From the NCBI RefSeq assembly GCF_006345805.1, contig NC_043008.1, forward strand, positions 47,988,001 to 48,052,000: a stretch of 64,000 nt of DNA, in the 5' to 3' direction. This DNA is from Octopus sinensis (Eukaryota). Positions 1-12,129 of the stretch are shown one piece after another (positions within the stretch are counted from its first letter, which is position 1; each line of letters begins with the position of its first letter). The translations under genes and the position numbers were made by a program. Below the pieces are notes generated by a model that worked only from the letters and a program-made list of their open reading frames with translations, ran no database searches and had not been told where the DNA came from.

Positions 1-960
1 CTGAAGGAATGATTTTGTGACCTAGCATTATTCTTTTAAGTCCAGATGTTGTCTTACAAGTTTTTTGACATATGAGACAAGCCCTAAGACGTGGTTGGTG
101 TCCAAGATCATTCCCTGTCTGGGCATTACGATTTTCATGTGACTTCATATGGTTCACGTATCCTGCTTTTGACAACAGAAAACGGTTACATATAATACAT
201 ATCCAATGTTCACTGTTGATTACAGTTCCAATTCTTCCTTTGTGACAGACCCTTTTTTAAACTCAGAGTACTGAATCATCTCTTCTTCCCATTTATTACA
301 ACCAGTCCTAACAGCACCTCTCCACTTGTTCCGATCTAGAACATCATTTTCCCAATCATGTTTGTTCATATCTATTCGCTTCAGGTTTTCCTTCACACCT
401 TTTCCTCGGTTTATTTTGAGGTCGCTTCCCAGAGTTAGGCTCACAATAAAAGAGATGCTTTGACAAGCGCTCGTCTTTCATTCTAATAACATGTCCAGTC
501 CATCTCATTTGAGCCAAGATTACATGTTGTTCAATTCAGCTGCAACGGGCCGTACGCAAAGCCTTTGCATCTGGTATGAAACATTCCCACTTGACTCCTA
601 AATTACGTCTGAGTCACTTTTGATGACATCTCTCCACCATTTTTATATGACGCTTGTAAATAGTCGACGTCTCACTTGAATAAAGAAGTGCAGACAATAC
701 ACACGCTTTATAGACACTGATTTTTGCCTGCAGGGAAATATCTCTATCCACCCATACTCGCTTTTCGAGCTTTCCAAATGCAACACTTCCCTTCCATATT
801 CGATAGTATATCTCTGCATCAAGACTACCATCCCTTGACAGTGTGCTTCCTAGGTTAACAAAGGTGTCAACGACCTCTAACCTTGTTCCATTCGCAAGAA
901 TGTTTGGTTCAGAATATGTTTGTCCTGCCACGGGAGTAAACATTAGGCAACCATAGTCAT
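1..960 (-). mobile_element. RTE/BovB-like LINE, 3' part of ORF2 (post-RT region plus two C-terminal C2H2 zinc fingers), frameshifted
   Basis: Minus-strand translation LEVVDTFVNLGSTLSRDGSLDAEIYYRIWKGSVAFGKLEKRVW...LLYSSET (614-930), then ...DRNKWRGAV... (220-444). After a frameshift near 245 it reads CIICNRFLLSKAGYVNHMKSH (137-199) and CLICQKTCKTTSGLKRIMLGH (17-79). Confidence 0.85.
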
Positions 961-1154
961 AAATTTGACTTAAAATGCGAATACATATATTAATACAAAT
1001 CGACAAGTATGAATATATTTTTTAATTATTCATAAAATATAAACATATATATAAATATACATAAAAATATATGTAAATAAAACCCACGTGTGGTACGTAT
1101 GGAAGGAAATGTGAGAAAAAGAGGACTAATAAAAAGAGAACAAAAGCAATTTCT

Positions 1155-1186
<32 letters not shown>

Positions 1187-1218
1187 TAATATATATATTA
1201 TATATATATATATATATA

Positions 1219-1253
<35 letters not shown>

Positions 1254-1356
1254 TAATAGTAATAGTATGACAACAAAAGAATGAATGAGACCTCGATATT
1301 ATGTAAATAGAGGTATTTATCTGTAATATAATTTGTGACAATTATTTGGTTTGCTA

Positions 1357-1419
1357 TAATAAAGCTCCGTGTTTCGGATATCGGTGCGGAAATCTGCTCC
1401 AGCATCTCGTCAGTTATTA
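1357..1419 (-). ncRNA. Type I hammerhead ribozyme motif, family F1, degenerate (U16.1->C)
   Basis: Minus strand: UAAUAA CUGACGA [31-nt stem II] GAAA CACGGAG C U UUAUUA; stem I is 6 bp. Confidence 0.65.
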
Positions 1420-1433
1420 AGATAAACTTGTCT

Positions 1434-1496
1434 TAATAACTAAGGAGATACCGGGGCAGATTTCCGCCCCGACATCCGAAACTCAGAGTTTTATTA
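1434..1496 (+). ncRNA. Type I hammerhead ribozyme motif, family F1, degenerate (G5->A)
   Basis: UAAUAA CUAAGGA GAUACCGGGGCAGAUUUCCGCCCCGACAUCC GAAA CUCAGAG U U UUAUUA. Stem I is 6 bp, stem II includes CGGGGC/GCCCCG, stem III is the near-palindrome ACUCAGAGU. Confidence 0.65.
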
Positions 1497-1529
1497 TGGC
1501 AACCGAATAATTGTCACAAACTATATTAC

Positions 1530-1596
<67 letters not shown>

Positions 1597-1639
1597 ATAT
1601 ATATGTGTGTGTGTGGTGTGTGTGTGTGTGTGTGTATAA

Positions 1640-2130
1640 AATATTAGGGGGTATAACTCCAAACTTACAGGGAAAATTCAATTTAGCATTAAATCAAATT
1701 TCACAATATAAATATATAAAATATAAATTAGAGACAAAACCACTATTATGCAACTGAAACAGTGATAGACATAAACCAAAACATAAATAACAAGTAATAT
1801 ATTTTTTTATAAAACATAAAACTTATAACCAGATCTTAAAAAGTATAAAAATGAATGATCAATATATAATAAGTAAAAAAAACTACGTACATTTCATGGC
1901 TACAATTAAATTCGAATTACAATTAAATTTGAATTCAATTGAAATAAATTCGATTTAAAATTATAGTCAATCTTCAGGTTAATGATAATAGTTAAATAAA
2001 TAAGCAAATAGAGTTAAACAATATTCAATTTTAAAAATAAATAAAATAATAACTTTTCTTAAAAATATATATTATTTTTTATTTATGTTTTGCTTTATGT
2101 CTATCACTGTTTGAGTTACGTAATAGTGGT
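1640..2130. mobile_element. Penelope pLTR/retrozyme-like element, inverted pair flanked by (TG)n/(TA)n
   Basis: 1740-1790 is the reverse complement of 2080-2128. It is related to 10822-11130 and contains an HHR at 1881-1980. Confidence 0.6.
1881..1980 (-). ncRNA. Type I hammerhead ribozyme motif, family F7, with 75-nt extended stem II
   Basis: Minus strand: AAC CUGAAGA UUGACUAUAAUU...AAUUGUAGCCAU GAAA UGUACG U A GUU. The core is intact, stem III AUGUACGU is one change from the palindrome ACGUACGU, and stem I is only 3 bp. Confidence 0.6.
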
Positions 2131-2132
2131 AT

Positions 2133-2189
<57 letters not shown>

Positions 2190-2615
2190 AGAGGCTGGGT
2201 ATATAGTATCCAAGCAGATACTGAATTTCTCTGAGCAAAATGCCAAGACTGGTTCATTCTGATGGGTTTTGGTAAAGTTCCTTAAGTTCCCATCCGATGT
2301 TCTAGCTTATTTCTTCACTAGAGTATAAAATACAATATTGATATATATGTGTGTGTGTATATATATGTATATGTGTGTGCATGTATGTATGTCTTAGTGT
2401 GAAAAAGTGAATGTATGTTCATACATATATAAGTGTATATGTAAGTAACTAGTGTGTATATATAAGAAACAGTAGGTGTATATTTATATATAGATCTCTA
2501 CACGTATATGTAAATGTACATAAATGGATGTATATTTCTACTCCCATTCGAAGAACATGTGGTCCTGTATTTATATAGACACGAGTACGTGGTTCTGAAC
2601 ATATATATATATATA

Positions 2616-2793
<178 letters not shown>

Positions 2794-2823
2794 AAAATAG
2801 TACTCAATATCTTTATAGAGATT

Positions 2824-2863
<40 letters not shown>

Positions 2864-3066
2864 TGTGTGTGTGTGTAAACGAGTGAGTGTGTATTTGTAC
2901 ACACGTGTGTACGTGTAACTGTGAACGAGTAGTTGCATATATTCACTTACATACGCGTGCGTATCTGTCTATATGCGTGTGTGAACGAGTGATTTGTGTA
3001 CATATGTAAGCATGAACGAGTGGCTATATTTATACACATGTGTGTGTGTGTAAAAGTATAAACCAG

Positions 3067-3106
<40 letters not shown>

Positions 3107-3195
3107 TACATATATATGTATGCATATATGTAAGTGTGAATGAGTGACTATATTTATAGACTCACGTGCGTATGTATGAACCAGTGCTTGTACAT

Positions 3196-3280
3196 TTATA
3201 TACAAGTAGAGAAGCTAGCTTTATGGCCGTAAATTTTAAACTTATTGGAGATGTAATCGTTTAAATCTTGCTCCAGTTCA
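3196..3280 (-). CDS. Candidate terminal exon of an unidentified host gene (ELEQDLNDYISNKFKIYGHKASFSTCI*)
   Basis: Acceptor ttttgtgttcttcag; only the phase-2 frame is open, and it is compatible with the phase-2 donor at 14609. No homology recognised. Confidence 0.25.
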
Positions 3281-4427
3281 CTGAAGAACACAAAATATTG
3301 AGAAGAAAAAATACCAAAATAGCAATTAACTACAAAGGTTCCTTTGTTTTCATTATTATTGCTATTTTTTATCGTTTACATCGATTCTTTAAATTCTTTC
3401 CTACAATATTTTACAACATAGAATATTTTCAAGACATTTCTATTGCGCTAGACTTGGCCGTGAACTTAGCCATGCATGTTTCTATTCACTGTGTTTGATA
3501 AAGTCGAGATTGATCAAGGAAGACATCAAAAACAAAAAGAAATAGAAAAACAAAAGTAAAGAAGAAAAAAACACGTTGGCCCACATCATTTCAGGTGGCT
3601 AACTAATAACTGGAGAGGACTTGTACTAAACCTAATCACCGTTGACTAACTTGACCATCACTAATGATACTTGTGCATCGAACCAAGCAACACTAATGAT
3701 AATCGATAAGCATTCACTAACGACCACCACTACGTAAACAAGCAATCCGATCGATACCGATGCGTGCGTGTGCGATTCGATCTATGTGCGCGCCGCCTCG
3801 ATATGTGAATGTGGCAGTGTGTGTAGGCGTGTATGTGGACGTGTCTGTATGTAGGAACATGTGCGCGAGCGGGAGTGTGTGTATGTGTGCGTGCGTGTGT
3901 ACGGGGAAATTGTGGACTGTCTACTAATGTGTGTACGTAGGTCTGTTTGTACGTGAGTGTTTGCAATTTTGTCCGCGCGATAATACTGTATATCTGAGAA
4001 GATATATATATACATGTGTGTGTGTGTTTATATATATGTATATAACATTTGATACCCATCTACATACATACATTGTTTTTATGCACAGTTATATGTATAT
4101 ATAAACAGATAAATATTAAACTGAAGAATCGTTCAATACTTTTTAGTAGAAAGTCATATTGATTATATATTTACCACGATATTCAAAGTAACTTCTTTCT
4201 TTTCTTCGTAAATATAAATGTGTATGTGTTTGCGAATGTGTATTTGAGAGTATGCATGTCATGTAAGTGTGGGTGTGTGTGTGTGCGTGTGTGTGTGTAT
4301 GTGTGTGTGTGTCTCTGTGTGTGCATGTATATCATTTACCAAGCACAATATTTGAATATGAGATACTATTAGTTTCATGCTTTGGAACCACAATAAACAA
4401 GCAAACCTATATACGATGCCGTGTTAC

Positions 4428-4446
4428 CTCCAAGTAATCCTTCAGG
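4428..4446 (-). CDS. Candidate 19-nt microexon (S)LKDYLE
   Basis: Long pyrimidine tract (4480-4600), catttcag|CCTGAAGGATTACTTGGAG|gtaaca. Phase 2 to 0; no compatible downstream exon found. Confidence 0.2.
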
Positions 4447-5161
4447 CTGAAATGCACAGCGTGCCTGGTTTCCTTTGAAAAAGAAATATGAGAAAGGGTA
4501 TTAGTATATGAGAAAACACGAGAAAATACGGGAGGAAAGTGAATGCAAAAAGTGGAATGAGAAAGAGCAGAAGGAACAAAGGGTAATGGAAAGAAAATCA
4601 AGAGTTACGCCCCTTCAGACCGTCGAAATCATTTAAAGTGGTTGACATTCAAATCAGAATGAATATAAGGTGTGTAATAATTCAACAGATGGAAGGTGCC
4701 CAAAGATCTCATATTCCTTTTAGATCCAAGAACTCCAGTGCAGTACTTAATTCCTGATCTGAAATATTCAATAAATGTAAGCATATGGCCAATTACTTTC
4801 GTTGAACTGGATCGCTCTCTCCGAATTGAGCCAGCAGTCGCACAGGCTTTGGTCTCCTCTTTCCACATTGAATTGTTCTACACCTGTCACATGAAAATCT
4901 GTTTTTAGCACCATCCAGTTTTATTCTGATTTCGACAAAGGGACGCAATTCTTAGTTTTCTTTCCTTCCTTTCTTTCTCCCCTCTACCTTTTGCTTTTTC
5001 GGTCCACTTTTCTGCATTCCACCTTTTCTGCATTTCTGTTCACATTCTCGTCTTTTCTTATGTTCTCTCATTGACCAATGGTCTTTCTCGTTTTATCTTT
5101 CTTAACATAAGTAGCCATGTTGTATATTTGAGCCTGAAAGATCGCTTGGAAGCTATATATG

Positions 5162-5209
<48 letters not shown>

Positions 5210-5249
5210 ATATATATATATATATATATATGAATGTATGTATATATTT

Positions 5250-5420
5250 TTTATTCGTTTCAGTCATTTGACTGCGACCATGCTAGACCACCGCCTTTAG
5301 TCGAACAAATCGACACCAGGACTTATCATTTTTGGCGAACCGCTAAGTTACGGGGATATAAACACACCAGCATCGGTTATCAAGCGCTGTAGGAGGGGGG
5401 AACACAGGCACACAAACATA
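5250..5420 (-). mobile_element. SINE family 1, 3' body
   Basis: Matches the repeated block cagtcatttgactgcggccatgctggagcaccgcc...cgaaccgctaagttacgggga seen about nine times in this window. Confidence 0.85.
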
Positions 5421-5499
5421 TACATACACACACACATATATATATATATATACATAACTAATAAAAACACACACACACACACATATACATATATAGACA

Positions 5500-6372
5500 T
5501 GCCATGATTGATCAGTAAGTATCCGGACTGTTGCCACAGTAACAAAGCTAAAGCATGCAAAGTGAAACCAATTGGTACAGATTGATCTTGAACACTGTTG
5601 TGAACGCGCACTGAGTTTTATCGTTCCAGCCGACTTCTGCTGTTTACAGCAGTGCTTGGAAGGAAGGTGCGTAGCTTGTGATCGTCACATTGACCATGAC
5701 AGAGTAAGTTGTAATGGTAATACTTGCTCAGAGGCCTACTCAGAGTTGTAGAAAGTGTATGGAGAGTGCTTCAGACTTTTCCAAGCTGGTCGAAAAAATA
5801 TCGATATTGATGAACTTTCTGGGAGACCCGCAATCAGCAGAACTGAGAAAAACATCTCAGATGTGTGTCCAGCTGTAAGGGGAAATCGTCGAATCCCCAT
5901 CCATGAGTTACCAGAAGATGAGTAGATTAGTTACGGTTCAGTTCAGTCCATTATCACTGAAGATTTGGGTATGAGATGCATGTGTCTGCTAAGTTTGTGC
6001 CAAAACTGCTTTCAGCTGACCCAAAAGACACTCGGGTTTCAGTTGCACAAGATCTCCTTGATTGTGTCGAGAAAGATGAAAACCTTTTTGAAAACTTTGC
6101 GTAGGTCTCTGAGCAGGTATCGCCAACTTTTTGTTAAAATTTGATGCAGATTCTCTGCTCAACTTTCTCTGTCGTGGTCAATGCGACGATCACACACTAC
6201 ACACCTTCCTTCCAAGCACTGCCATAATTAACGGAAGTAAACAAGAACGTTAAAACTTAGTGCACATGCGCAACAGATTTTAAGATTATTTTGCGCCGAG
6301 GGTTTTACTCTGCGTGCTGTAGCTTCGTTACTATGGCAACTGTCCAGATACTTATTGATCAGACCACGCGTA
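5500..6372 (+). mobile_element. Mariner-derived non-autonomous element made of two inverted 5' ends, with N-terminal transposase remnant
   Basis: 5503-5760 is the reverse complement of about 6090-6370. 5697-6100 encodes ...SGRPAISRTEKNISDV...ISYGSVQSIITEDLGMR/HVSAKFVPKLLSADQKDTRVSVAQDLL (mariner HTH and WVPxxL-like linker). The right end abuts TA. Confidence 0.85.
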
Positions 6373-6401
6373 TATATATATATATATAATATATATATTA
6401 T

Positions 6402-6435
<34 letters not shown>

Positions 6436-7629
6436 ATATATGCACTGAAACAAACACATTAAATATATGGTGGTATATGCTGGCGTGCGCGCATGTGTGT
6501 GCGTGTGTGTGCGCGGATGTACATACATATCTGAGCTGATGCATAGATATATGTGTTTAAGCTCTATCTACAGTCTGTACGTATGAATCGCTTGCTTTCT
6601 TCTGCAAAATGTGATAATTAGTGGCGAAGAAGTAATAAACGTGTTTTAATTTCCCAAAGATATAACATTTTAACAGCTCCGAATAGAATAAACAGAAGCT
6701 GTTAAAAGAGCTCTTTAGCTAAATCATCTTTTAATTAAACGGGACGGTCATCTCAGGATTGCCAACCACCGTGGCAAGTTATTATCGTTTCTAAAAGTTA
6801 AACAAATGGAGTTTAGAGCAGTTGAATTGAGAAATCATTTCGTTTAACACTTCGGATTTCGTCGAAGAAATCTCTTCGGAATCACCTTTACTTCTTATTC
6901 TTGCCTCATTCTATATAACTTCACTTTTGATTTCGTTACTTTATCTCATGTTCCTGCCTCGTTGCTCTTGTAGCGATGGCGTATAATAACAACGATGCGT
7001 CTTCTCTACTGCGGCATGAATAGTTTAATGTAGAGCCTCCTTGTACTTTAAAAATGACGATCATGAGTTCTAAGTATTTAATTTCAGGAGAGTATGTTTA
7101 TCATAAAAACGGTGTCTCTAGCGTCGAAGCCAAATTAATCAATAGATTTGATATCTGCTTGTCAGTGGTGGTAGAGCTATTAACAGCCGTGAAATTTATG
7201 AGCAGCCCCACCTCTTAGGGAAGCTCTCCACAAACAGAGCTGCTCAGGCTGTGAAATATTCTCTCAACAATCTAAAACATTCCTAGCTGCAATATATATC
7301 TTTTATATATGCCTCCTATGTTTGTGTGTGCGCGTGCATGTGTGTGTTATTACATATATATATATATATATATACGCATATGTATGTATATTACATATGT
7401 GTGTGTGTGTGTGTGTGTGTGTTTTATATTTCACAAGGAAACCTATTTAAACTTTTAATGACTCCTTTGTGGATAAGGCGATCGTTATCCTCAATAATAA
7501 TTATAATTGCTTTCCCAATCAACGCATCTTCTGCATTTTTATGTCTAAGACCCCTAATTACTTTTATTTCCATTCTCCAAAGACATTATTGCCAAACGAA
7601 CATGTCATAAACATCAATGTAAACACACA

Positions 7630-7682
<53 letters not shown>

Positions 7683-8061
7683 CTTCATGTTTGCTTTCGA
7701 TAATCAACGACACTTGTCAGGTTTTTCACTTGGTTTGTATTTTCTTTACTTTCAAATTGTTATCAGTAATTTCATTCGTTCATTCATTAATAACGTCACA
7801 AACAGTTCGCTGATGACGTTCGCTCAAAATCTTTCAGACAGCTTCATGTATACACACCTCTCAATATACATGCTAATCATTTGGTGTTCATATAGCTGTC
7901 ACCTTATTCATGAAGCTCTTCCTTTATACACTAATAATTTGCTGTTTATACAACTGTCTCCATATACACTAGCAAGTTGGTGCTTATGTATATATAAAAA
8001 TGAGTGGATATTCAAATGAATACTCGCAAAGGAATTATTATTATTATTATTATTATTATTA

Positions 8062-8113
<52 letters not shown>

Positions 8114-8115
8114 CA

Positions 8116-8175
<60 letters not shown>

Positions 8176-8179
<4 letters not shown>

Positions 8180-8647
8180 TAGTATATTTTTTATAGCGTG
8201 CTTTCACTTCACTACCGAGTGCAGCTCTGTGTACCTTGGTTATGTGCTGTGATTTGTTGTGATGCTCTGATGGTTATTGTATGGAAAGTGTTCTGCGTAG
8301 GATGTGTGCAGTGCCTAGTAGTGCAATTTTCTGTATGTTATATGTGTTTGTAAGTCCTGGTGTTTTTGTTATGTATTTGTCTGAATATTTTTTTATTATG
8401 CCTAATGCACCTATTATGATAGGAATTGTTTCTGTTTTTAGATTCCACATTCTGGTTACCTCTATTTCCAGGTCTTTGTATTTTGAAAGTTTCTCCATTT
8501 TTTTAGAGACACGTTGTCATCAATTAGAAAACATTTTTTTTCTTCATGATCTCTGACAACTATATCAGGTCTGTTGGCCCTAATTTCTCTATCTGTGTGT
8601 ATTGGCAAATCCCAGAGTATGGATGCTTTCTCGTTTTCTGTGACCTT
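8176..8647 (-). mobile_element. R4/Dong-like non-LTR 3' fragment (RLE endonuclease), copy 1, in (ATT)n
   Basis: KVTENEKASILWDLPIHTDREIRANRPDIVVRDHEEKKCFLIDDNVSL, frameshift, then MEKLSKYKDLEIEVTRMW...IIIGALG...LGTAHILRRTL (PD..D..K RLE motif). Flanked by ATT repeats. Confidence 0.85.
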
Positions 8648-8663
8648 ATTATTATTATTATTA

Positions 8664-8729
<66 letters not shown>

Positions 8730-8786
8730 TTATTATTATTACTATTATTATTATTATTATTATCATTTTTATTATTATTATTATTA

Positions 8787-8826
<40 letters not shown>

Positions 8827-8871
8827 CATTATTATTATCATCATCATTATTATTATTATTATTATTATTAT

Positions 8872-9338
8872 TCAGTAGTTTTATTTTTATAGCGTGCTTT
8901 CACTTCACTACCGAGCGCAGCTCTCTGTGCCTTGGGTATGTGCTGTGATTTGTTGTGATGCTCTGATGGTTATTGTATGGAAAGTGTTCTGCGTAGGATG
9001 TGTGCAGTGCCTAGTAGTGCAATTTTCTGTATGTTATATGTGTTTGTAAGTCCTGGTGTTTTTGTTATGTATTTGTCTGAATATTTTTTATTATGCCTAA
9101 TGCACCTATTATGATAGGAATTGTTCTTTTTTAGATTCCACATCTGGTACCTCTATTTCCAGGTCTTTGTATTTTGAAAGTTTCTCCATTTTTTTAGAGA
9201 CACGTTGTCATCAATTAGAAAACATTTTTTTCTTCATGATCTCTGACAACTATATCAGGTGTGTTGGCCCTAATTTCTCTATATGTTGTGTATTGGCAAA
9301 TCCCAGAGTAGGGTTGCTTTCTCGTTTTCTGTGACCTT
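8872..9338 (-). mobile_element. R4/Dong-like 3' fragment, copy 2
   Basis: Near-identical to 8176-8647, with the same 5' boundary (ctcgttttctgtgacctt). Confidence 0.85.
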
Positions 9339-9386
9339 ATTATTATTATTATTATCATTATTATTATTATTATTATATTATTATTA

Positions 9387-9418
<32 letters not shown>

Positions 9419-9440
9419 GATTATTATTATTATTATTAAT

Positions 9441-9473
<33 letters not shown>

Positions 9474-9622
9474 ATTTTTATTATTATTATTATTACTATT
9501 AATTATTATTATTATTATCATTTTTATTATTATTATTATTATTATCATTATTATATATTATTAATTATTATTATTATTATATCATTATTATTATCATCAT
9601 CATTAATTATTAGTATTATTAT

Positions 9623-9846
9623 TCAGTAGTTTTATTTTTATAGCGTGCTTTCACTTCACTACCGAGCGCAGCTCTCTGTGCCTTGGGTATGTGCTGTGAT
9701 TTGTTGTGATGCTCTGATGGTTATTGTATGGAAAGTGTTCTGCGTAGGATGTGTGCAGTGCCTAGTAGTGCAATTTTCTGTATGTTATATGTGTTTGTAA
9801 GTCCTGGTGTTTTTGTTATGTATTTGTCTGAATATTTTTTATTATG
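9623..9846 (-). mobile_element. R4/Dong-like 3' fragment, copy 3 (shorter)
   Basis: Same 3' end as copies 1 and 2, truncated, embedded in (ATT)n. Confidence 0.85.
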
Positions 9847-9884
9847 ATTATTATTATTATTATCATTATTATTATTATTATTTA

Positions 9885-10385
9885 TTGTCTTTGCACAGCT
9901 TCCAACGCTGGAGATGTACTCGGGTGTCAGCTTTCCCTACAAACGAACACCCCTTATTCTTCGAGCAGCTTCCGGAGCATTCGAGCGTTTCAAAACAGTG
10001 CTGTTTTCTTCAAGTGCACCACCTTGGTTGCAGCCCCTATTTTTTCCATGTACTTCTCGAGATTTTTGTTCACTGTTCCCAGGGCTCTGATAATTATTGG
10101 TACTACTGCTACCTTTTTCATCGATCGACCACAACTGCTTAACTTCCCAAGCTAACCTGTCATATCTATCGGCGTTTCTTTCATCCTTACCGCATACTAT
10201 GTTGTTAGCTGGGCATGCTATATCTATGATCCAACATAGTTTGCTTTCTTTCTCAATTAAGACCATGTCCGGTTTCCTATTCTCTATCTCATAGTCGCTC
10301 TGAATCATAAAATCCCACAGAATCTTTGCATTATCATTTTCGATGATACCTTCGGCTTTGTGGTCGTACAAATTATCAGCGGCAA
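9885..10385 (-). mobile_element. Second R4/Dong-like RLE family fragment
   Basis: KAEGIIENDNAKILWDFMIQSDYEIENRKPDMVLIEKESKLCWIIDIACP...DRYDRLAWEVKQLW; its 3' end abuts (ATT)n. Confidence 0.8.
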
Positions 10386-10427
10386 ACCGGTGTCTCGTGT
10401 CCCCTTTAATATAATTATATTATATAT

Positions 10428-10562
10428 AGGCACAGGAGTGGTTCTGTTGTAGGTAGCTTGCTTCCCAACCACATGGTTCCGGGTTCAGTCCCACTGCGTA
10501 GCACCTTGGACAAGTGACTTCAAATATAGCCTCGGGCGGACCAAAGATTTGTGAGTGAGTTT
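10428..10562 (+). mobile_element. SINE family 1, tRNA-derived head plus CORE-like segment
   Basis: A-box-like and B-box-like (gggttcagtccc) motifs, then ttggacaagtg...tatagcctcggg. Reverse copies at about 42250, 54612 and 62160. Confidence 0.8.
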
Positions 10563-10750
10563 ACATATGTATATATGCATATATAAATGTTATTTATATT
10601 ATATATATATATATGTGTGTGTGTGTATGTAAACATATATATATATATATATATATATATACTTTCTTTAAAAGCTTAAAGCATATTACTCTACCCCTTG
10701 TATTTGAGTACTCTTTTTTCCACTTTGTTTCACATTCATGTGTTTACTCC

Positions 10751-10799
<49 letters not shown>

Positions 10800-10821
10800 T
10801 ATATATATATATATATATAAT

Positions 10822-11123
10822 AAATATTAGGAATAAATCCAAATTTACGGGAAAAATCAGATTAAGGATTGAATCCAATTATAGAAAATATAATATAATA
10901 TTAATTAGAGGACAAAACCACTATTATGCAAATCAACAAAGAAAGACTTAATCCACTACATAACTTGCAAAGAAGGTCTTGAAACCACCTGATGAATGTC
11001 CATAGAAGTGACAAGAAACGATCGTAGTGGATATCTTAATTATATTTAATTTATATAAAATTTTTTATGTATTGTATTAAGTCTTTCTTTGTTTGATTTG
11101 CATAATAGTGGTTTTGTCTCTAA

Positions 11124-11130
<7 letters not shown>
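10822..11130. mobile_element. Penelope pLTR/retrozyme-like divergent inverted pair in (TA)n
   Basis: About 10900-10950 is the reverse complement of 11077-11130. HHR at 10985-11030; both outer ends run into (TA)n. Confidence 0.7.
10985..11030 (+). ncRNA. Minimal type I hammerhead ribozyme, family F2
   Basis: CCAC CUGAUGA AUGUC CAUAGAAGU GACAA GAAA CGAUCG U A GUGG. Stem I is CCAC/GUGG, stem II is UGUC/GACA (base pair 10.1-11.1 is an A.A mismatch), stem III is the palindrome ACGAUCGU; predicted GUA cleavage after 11026. Confidence 0.8.
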
Positions 11131-11184
<54 letters not shown>

Positions 11185-11437
11185 TATTATATATATATAT
11201 ACATATATAAGAGGGATGAACACTAAATCGACATCCAATATCCTAGATGTAGACCCCATATGGTCTGACCACTCAGAAAAGATTGTTTTCAAGAAAATTC
11301 AGCAAACGCTTATATGCATGTAATATAATTTTTCTGAACCTTCAGATTTTTTCAATATGCTAGGCCACTGATTTTAAATTGATATTAATCAAATTAATAT
11401 TTAATGTTTCACCCTTATTTTTTAAATTTATATATAA

Positions 11438-11474
<37 letters not shown>

Positions 11475-11585
11475 ATATTATATTTGATCTTTGACCTCTG
11501 GCCGAAATCAGATCGCCATGTTGATTCGTTAGCTACTGCACGCATTTTTTTCTCTCCTTCTTTCTGTGTTTCTCTCTCTGTGTAT

Positions 11586-11621
11586 CTTTCTGTCGAAGAG
11601 CGTAGGCTCGAAACGTTAAAG
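11586..11621 (+). ncRNA. Minimal type I hammerhead-like motif, family F3 (U6 variant core)
   Basis: CUUU CUGUCGA A GAGC GUAG GCUC GAAA CG U U AAAG, inside a roughly 240-bp element (11480-11722) ending in (TA)n. Confidence 0.7.
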
Positions 11622-11730
11622 ACTTGTTTTATTTATATTTCCTGAGCGCCATACTAATACAATTGTTCGTTTGTTTTTCCACCTGCCTTCGTCTTTTGTT
11701 TATTTTCATAAAGCTTCCCGTTATATATAT

Positions 11731-11811
<81 letters not shown>

Positions 11812-11849
11812 TCACAGTGACTATATTATTGATATATGAATATATATAT

Positions 11850-11900
<51 letters not shown>

Positions 11901-12129
11901 TTATATATATACATATATATATATATATACATATATATACATATATATACACGCTAACACTGCCACTAACAAATTTATGATTACACCCTGGTTTAAATAA
12001 AGTGGCACACACGTGCACTGTGCCATCTTCACTTCTCTACAGCTACAATAATGGCCGCTACTCTTTTCAGTAAGCTGAGATCATACCACCTCCAGCCAAC
12101 TATTCCTCCACCCACTCATCTCAATGCCT

